DNA of 19,658 nucleotides from Halalkalibacterium halodurans (lineage in GTDB: Bacteria > Bacillota > Bacilli > Bacillales > Bacillaceae_D): positions 1 to 19,658 of the forward strand of contig NZ_SNUY01000071.1 of the NCBI RefSeq assembly GCF_004376175.1, given 5' to 3'. The notes under the pieces are model-generated. The model had not been told where the DNA came from, did no database searches, and saw only the letters and a program-made list of their open reading frames with translations. Both the position numbers and the translations under genes were made by a program. Shown here piece after piece: positions 16,423 to 19,658 of this stretch; position 1 is the first letter of the stretch, and each line of letters opens with the position of its first letter.

Positions 16423-16598
16423 TCCTTGACCTTGTGCCTTTTCTTAGTTCTTGCTGGTTGGGTTCAGGGACCCAGCCAGCGAGAACTTAGAAAAGGTCGG
16501 TCGTGGTACGCTCGGTGTGCGGATGAAGTCCCACATAGGGCTTTATTTTTCCCATCCGCCAACGTACACAACACCACGACCGCAAACAAGGTCTAGGA
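16423..16598 (+). other. 176-nt three-way-junction (Y-shaped) structured element inside the IS256-like element (candidate ncRNA or inserted MITE-like palindromic element)
   Basis: Closing stem TCCTTGACCTTGT (16423-16435) / ACAAGGTCTAGGA (16586-16598), 12/13. Hairpin A: 16437-16463 / 16470-16496, 27 positions with 24 Watson-Crick pairs, 2 T-G pairs and 1 mismatch, 6-nt loop. Hairpin B: CGGTCGTGGT (16498-16507) / ACCACGACCG (16573-16582) plus GCGGATG (16519-16525) / CATCCGC (16553-16559). Confidence 0.5.
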
Positions 16599-16618
16599 TG
16601 GCGGATTGGTGCTAGAGC

Positions 16619-17806
16619 TTAATATTCTAGTGCTTCAAACATGAGTATCAATTCTGATTTTGCCTTTTCAAAGCCTCGATGACAACGCATGCCAAATTTG
16701 TGATTATAGTCTAGAAACCGTGTCACGAGAAAACGTTCTAAGGATTCTTCATTCGGGAATTGTTCTTTGCGTTTGACATATCGTTTGATTTCTTTGTTAA
16801 CAGCTTCAATTAAATTTGTCGAGTAGATGCTGCGACGAATGGAAGCTGGAAAATCATAAAACGTTAAGATCTGTTCATTGTTCATCACAGATTCAATGAC
16901 ACGTGGATAGGGCTTTTCCCACTTACTTTGCAATTGTTCTAAGGCTTCTAAAGCTTCTTCACGGTCTTTCGCTTGATAGACAGCCTTGAAATCATCGAGA
17001 ATGGCTGCGCGATCCTATACACGTACTTTACTGGAAATGTTTCGAGCGACATGTACACAGCACACTTGATGCTTCGCCTTTGGATAGACGCGATGAATGC
17101 TATCCGTCATCCCTGGCAATCCATCGGAAATGAACAGAAGGACGTTTTCTACTCCTCGCTCATGTAGGCATTGGATGAGTTCTTCCCATACGTGAGAAGA
17201 CTCTGTTGGTGCAATGGTAAAGTCTAAAACTTCTTTGTTTCCTTCTTCCGTAATACCAATAGCGATGTAGACAGCTTCTTTTTCAACCGTTTGACGTCGA
17301 ATCGGAATATGAGTGGCATCTAGGTAAATGCACACATAGCGTTCTTCCAGCTTTCGTTCATGGAAAGCCTGCACGTCTTCAGAAACAAGTTGCGTTAGGT
17401 TCGAAACCGTTTGTTTGGAATAGTGATGTCCATACATTCGCTCGATAAGATTAGCGATTTCATTTGTCGTACTCCCTTTTTCATAAAGATGACTGACAAA
17501 CTGTTCCAGCGTATCATTGGAACGCTTATAAGGAGCTATTGTTTGTTGTTGGAACTCGCCATTACGGTCTCTAGGGATACGAAGATGTAGTTCTCCGTAT
17601 TCGGTTTTAAACGTACGATCGTAAAAGCCATTACGGGAATTACCAGAATGAAAACCTACTCGATCATAAGGCTCATAGTCTAAAAAGACAGTTAAGTCAT
17701 GTTTCAACAGCTGATTGATAGCTGTTTCCAAATGCTGACTAAAAACTTCTTCGATATATTGTTTTTGTGCTAGTGCTTCGATTAAATCTGTAGTAATATG
17801 ATTCAT
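16619..17806 (-). pseudogene. IS256-family (Transposase_mut) transposase with one in-frame TAG
   Basis: ORFs 17015..17806 and 16619..16933 are in the same frame. The codon at 17015-17017 is TAG and translation continues ...ISSKVRV*DRAAILDDFKAVYQAKDREEALEALEQLQSKWEKPYP..., so this is a nonsense mutation and not a frameshift. Motifs GELHLRIPRDRNGEF, YLDATHIPIR, LLFISDGLPG and STNLIEAVNKEIKR are IS256-family hallmarks. Confidence 0.85.
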
Positions 17807-17809
17807 AGG

Positions 17810-17866
17810 GAAGACCTCTTTTCTGTGAATTTAGTCGGCTAACTTTATTCTACAGAAAGGGTCTTC
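17810..17866 (-). promoter_or_regulatory. 5'-UTR hairpin that would sequester the IS256-like transposase RBS
   Basis: On the minus-strand mRNA, GAAGACCCTTTCTGT (complement of 17852-17866) pairs with ACAGAAAAGAGGTCTTC (complement of 17810-17826). That is 15 bp with two bulges. The second arm contains the AAGAGG Shine-Dalgarno 8 nt upstream of the ATG at 17806. Confidence 0.4.
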
Positions 17867-17924
17867 TTTTTTCTATGAACATCATTTAGTGCATTTCTAT
17901 TTACACAAAATATTTTACACTCTC

Positions 17925-17932
17925 AAATTATT
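17925..17932. repeat. 8-bp target-site duplication AAATTATT (right) of the nested IS256-like element
   Basis: Matches 16295-16302. Confidence 0.75.
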
Positions 17933-17938
17933 CGAACT

Positions 17939-19306
17939 TTGCTTACTCTATTGATTGGAAAAAGCATGTTCGATAAACCCAAAGAAGCTCCTGTTAATCA
18001 GCCTTATCGAAAGCTTCAAATTGATGATTTACCTATCATTGAAAAACTAGAAAGGCTCGATTATCAGCTTTTATTAGCGGAACACCTTCAATCCAAAGGG
18101 AAACCGTTAAAACCAGTACAGCGACGAGCGAATTCTACGCCCGTACCGTCTACCTTATGTTGTCCGAAGTGTGGTGCTCCTTCTGCGTATTTGTACGCAA
18201 ACACCGGAGGAAAAGGACAATATCAATGTAAGGTGTGTGCGTGTGTTTTCAATAAAAAGAGTCGTTATCAGAAAGAGGCCATCCTTAAGTGTCCTCACTG
18301 TCTTAAAACGCTAGAAAAAATTAAAGAACGAAAAGATTTTCACGTGTTTAAGTGTAAAAATAATCGTTGTTCTTATTATCAAAAGAACTTGAATGCCATG
18401 ACCAAAAAAGAGAAAAAACAGTTTAAAGAAGATCCACAATCGCTGAAAGTTCGCTACATTTACCGGAAGTTCCACATCGACTATCAACCGTTAACAAAAC
18501 AATCACCAAAACAGCCAAAAGTCGATTTATCAAGATTGTATGTTTCCCCACATACGCTTGGGCTCATCTTGAAGTATCATGTCAATTACGGATTATCGGC
18601 CCGTAAAACGGCAGCGATCATGAAGGATATTCACGGTGTGTCTGTCTCCCATCAAAGTATCCTTAACTACGAAAACAGCGTCGCATTATGGCTCAAGCCT
18701 TATATCGACTACTTTCCGTATGAGCTCTCGGATCAATTTTGTGGGGCTGAAACGTACATCCGGGTCAACGGTCGTTGGCATTACCTGGTCATCTTTTTTG
18801 ATGCGGTCAAGAAAGTCATTCTTTCGTATCCAGTATCACCAAATCGCGACACCGCAACAGCGATACGAGCGATTGATGAAGTACTAGTGAAACTGAAAGA
18901 AATACCAGAAAACCTACCATTTGTAGTAGATGGTAACCCTATTTACTTGTTGGCACAGCATTACTTCGCAGAGAACCACATATCGTTTGACGTAAAACAG
19001 GTCATCGGGCTAACAAAAGAAGACGATGTCTCTAGAGAGTATCGACCTCTCAAGCTAATCATCGAGAGACTAAATCGCACGTTTAAAGGGAATTATCGAT
19101 CGACGCACGGCTTTGGTTCTGAACAAGGATCTGTTTCTTTTGTGACATTGTTTGTGGCTTACTTTAACTTCTTACGTCCACATTCTTCACTCGAAGGGAA
19201 AGTGCCAGTCACAATTCCAGAATTAGAAAAGCTACCAACCATGCCAGCGAGGTGGACAGCCCTTATTGGATTAGCTCAAGACTGGATTCAACAACAGTCA
19301 GCCTAA
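17939..19306 (+). CDS. IS6-family-like DDE transposase with N-terminal double zinc-finger extension (5' end displaced by the IS256-like insertion)
   Basis: Cys clusters CPKCG...CKVC and CPHC...CKNNRC. The core AETYIRVNGRWHYLVIFFDAVKKVILSYPVSPNRDTATA aligns with IS26 Tnp26 DETYVKVNGRWAYLYRAIDSRGRTVDFYLSPRRNSKAA. VVDGNPIY aligns with INTDKAPAY, and LIIERLNRTFK...HGFGS with NNVIECDHGKLK...LGFKS. The residual ORF could still start at TTG 17939 or ATG 17966. Confidence 0.8.
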   Translation: MLTLLIGKSMFDKPKEAPVNQPYRKLQIDDLPIIEKLERLDYQLLLAEHLQSKGKPLKPVQRRANSTPVPSTLCCPKCGAPSAYLYANTGGKGQYQCKVCACVFNKKSRYQKEAILKCPHCLKTLEKIKERKDFHVFKCKNNRCSYYQKNLNAMTKKEKKQFKEDPQSLKVRYIYRKFHIDYQPLTKQSPKQPKVDLSRLYVSPHTLGLILKYHVNYGLSARKTAAIMKDIHGVSVSHQSILNYENSVALWLKPYIDYFPYELSDQFCGAETYIRVNGRWHYLVIFFDAVKKVILSYPVSPNRDTATAIRAIDEVLVKLKEIPENLPFVVDGNPIYLLAQHYFAENHISFDVKQVIGLTKEDDVSREYRPLKLIIERLNRTFKGNYRSTHGFGSEQGSVSFVTLFVAYFNFLRPHSSLEGKVPVTIPELEKLPTMPARWTALIGLAQDWIQQQSA

Positions 19307-19332
19307 CTTTTGTTTAGCTGAGCCCTATTCAG

Positions 19333-19483
19333 CTATCGGCGAAGCGAACTCTTGACAAACCGAACTTGCCAATGGTTTAAAATGGAAAAAGTCAAGGGTT
19401 TATTTAGCATGCCTTCTTTTGTTCCCTTCGCCCTTGATTGACCTCTGAATAAACCATTGGTGTGTTTGTCAAGAGCGATAGCG
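19333..19483 (+). other. ~150-nt long imperfect hairpin in the 3' non-coding region of the IS6-like element (candidate ncRNA or subterminal transposase-binding repeats)
   Basis: Three collinear helices: GCTATCG (19333-19339) / CGATAGC (19477-19483); CTCTTGACAAAC (19350-19361) / GTTTGTCAAGAG (19465-19476), 12/12; CCAATGGTTT (19370-19379) / AAACCATTGG (19452-19461), 10/10. Inner TCAAGGG (19393-19399) / CCCTTGA (19432-19438). The 12-bp arms carry the IR core TTGTCAA/TTGACAA. Confidence 0.45.
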
Positions 19484-19555
19484 CGGCCTTTCCACCTAAT
19501 AAATGGTAGTAGTGTTAGATCCAAATAAGGTTTTCATAGAAGTTTTGACACTACC

Positions 19556-19563
19556 TGGGATTG
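19556..19563. repeat. 8-bp TGGGATTG (right TSD copy of IS6-like copy 1; also the spacer to copy 2)
   Basis: Identical to 16096-16103. Confidence 0.6.
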
Positions 19564-19658
19564 CGTATTGTCAAAACTTTATATAGAAATAGGTTATTAA
19601 ATCCTATATTAGAGGGCTTTATAAGCAAAAAAATTGCCACCCCCTGATTTCTGTAGAT
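19564..19658 (+). mobile_element. Left end of a second, directly repeated IS6-like copy (runs off the right edge)
   Basis: 95 nt align with 16104-16197 with 3 substitutions and a 1-nt indel. Same orientation as copy 1. Confidence 0.7.

Larger units (their letters stand above)
16303..17924 (-). mobile_element. IS256-family insertion sequence (1622 bp), nested in the IS6-like transposase gene
   Basis: IRs: GGGTGTGTCAATAATTTTGTGTAAATA (16303-16329) versus the reverse complement of 17898-17924, GAGAGTGTAAAATATTTTGTGTAAATA (21/27). 8-bp TSD, typical of IS256. The transposase is on the minus strand. An unusually long ~290-nt non-coding segment lies between the transposase stop and the IR. Confidence 0.8.
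16104..19555 (+). mobile_element. IS6-family-like insertion sequence (copy 1) with a zinc-finger-extended DDE transposase, interrupted by a nested IS256-family element
   Basis: Terminal IRs CGTATTGTCAAAACTT (16104-) and GGTAGTGTCAAAACTT (reverse complement of 19540-19555) resemble IS6-family IRs (IS26 GGCACTGTTGCAAA; IS257 GGTTCTGTTGCAAAGTT). 8-bp TSD. The transposase core aligns with Tnp26. About 1.82 kb once the 1622-bp IS256-like insert and its 8-bp TSD are removed. Confidence 0.7.

Noticed and set aside
16973-17167. 64-aa plus-strand ORF spanning the IS256 TAG site.
   Set aside because: It is antisense to a clearly homologous transposase frame. No RBS. Spurious.
19333-19524. 63-aa minus-strand ORF in the IS6-like 3' tail.
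   Set aside because: No RBS, no recognisable family, and it coincides with the long palindrome, which naturally keeps frames open on both strands. Probably non-coding.
16303-19555. Similarity between the IS256-like IRs (GGGTGTGTCAATAATTTT...) and the IS6-like IRs (GGTAGTGTCAAAACTT), suggesting cross-recognition or a targeting relationship.
   Set aside because: Only about a 7-nt shared core (GTGTCAA) in AT-rich sequence, compatible with chance. No further evidence.
19545-19571. Possible strong junction promoter formed by the abutted IRR-IRL ends: TTGACA 19545-19550, then TATTGT 19566-19571.
   Set aside because: The spacer is only 15 nt and the -10 matches 4/6. This is not convincing as a functional sigma-A promoter. 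Kept only as a remark in the tandem-IS finding.
1-19658. Looked for CRISPR arrays, tRNA/rRNA genes, tandem repeats and toxin-antitoxin or defence operons.
   Set aside because: No spaced direct repeats, no cloverleaf-like or rRNA-like sequence, and no recognisable defence gene pairs. The only repeats are the IS-related ones described above.

Overview
Bacillaceae-type chromosomal segment, judged from strong AGGAGG-like ribosome-binding sites (RBS), GTG/TTG starts and a YesLMN-style gene set. All family calls come from motif recognition by eye; no searches were run.

Layout:
(1) 1-127 looks like the right terminus of a diverged IS6-family-like element running off the left edge.
(2) 133-1022 is a visibly AT-rich patch of small or degenerate genes: an unknown ORF, an Mrr_N-like winged-helix protein and a Rap-phosphatase N-terminal remnant.
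(3) A DegV-family gene with an unusual structured leader, then a hypothetical 150-aa gene.
(4) 2764-15277 is a ~12.5 kb carbohydrate uptake and catabolism locus. It encodes a YesL/DUF624 membrane protein, two ABC permeases, a lipoprotein solute-binding protein, a YesM-type histidine kinase and a YesN-type AraC response regulator. Three signal-peptide-less enzymes follow: GH88 unsaturated glucuronyl hydrolase, a DUF2264 protein and a heparinase II/III-like lyase. A 27-29 nt AT-rich motif recurs upstream of three transcription units.
(5) A convergent YgeA-like Asp/Glu racemase.
(6) 16096-19658 is a nested insertion-sequence (IS) cluster. An IS6-family-like element encodes a long zinc-finger DDE transposase and is flanked by an 8-bp target-site duplication (TSD), TGGGATTG. 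Its transposase 5' end is split by an IS256-family element with an 8-bp TSD (AAATTATT), 21/27 matching terminal inverted repeats (IRs) and an in-frame TAG in its transposase. A second, ~96% identical copy of the IS6-like left end starts 8 bp after the first copy ends.

Most notable observations:
- Large structured non-coding modules inside both IS elements.
- The head-to-tail IS6-like junction.
- The whole sugar locus may be bracketed by same-orientation IS6-family ends.
- The GH88/DUF2264/heparinase-like cytoplasmic enzyme triad has no known substrate.

No rRNA, tRNA or CRISPR array was seen.
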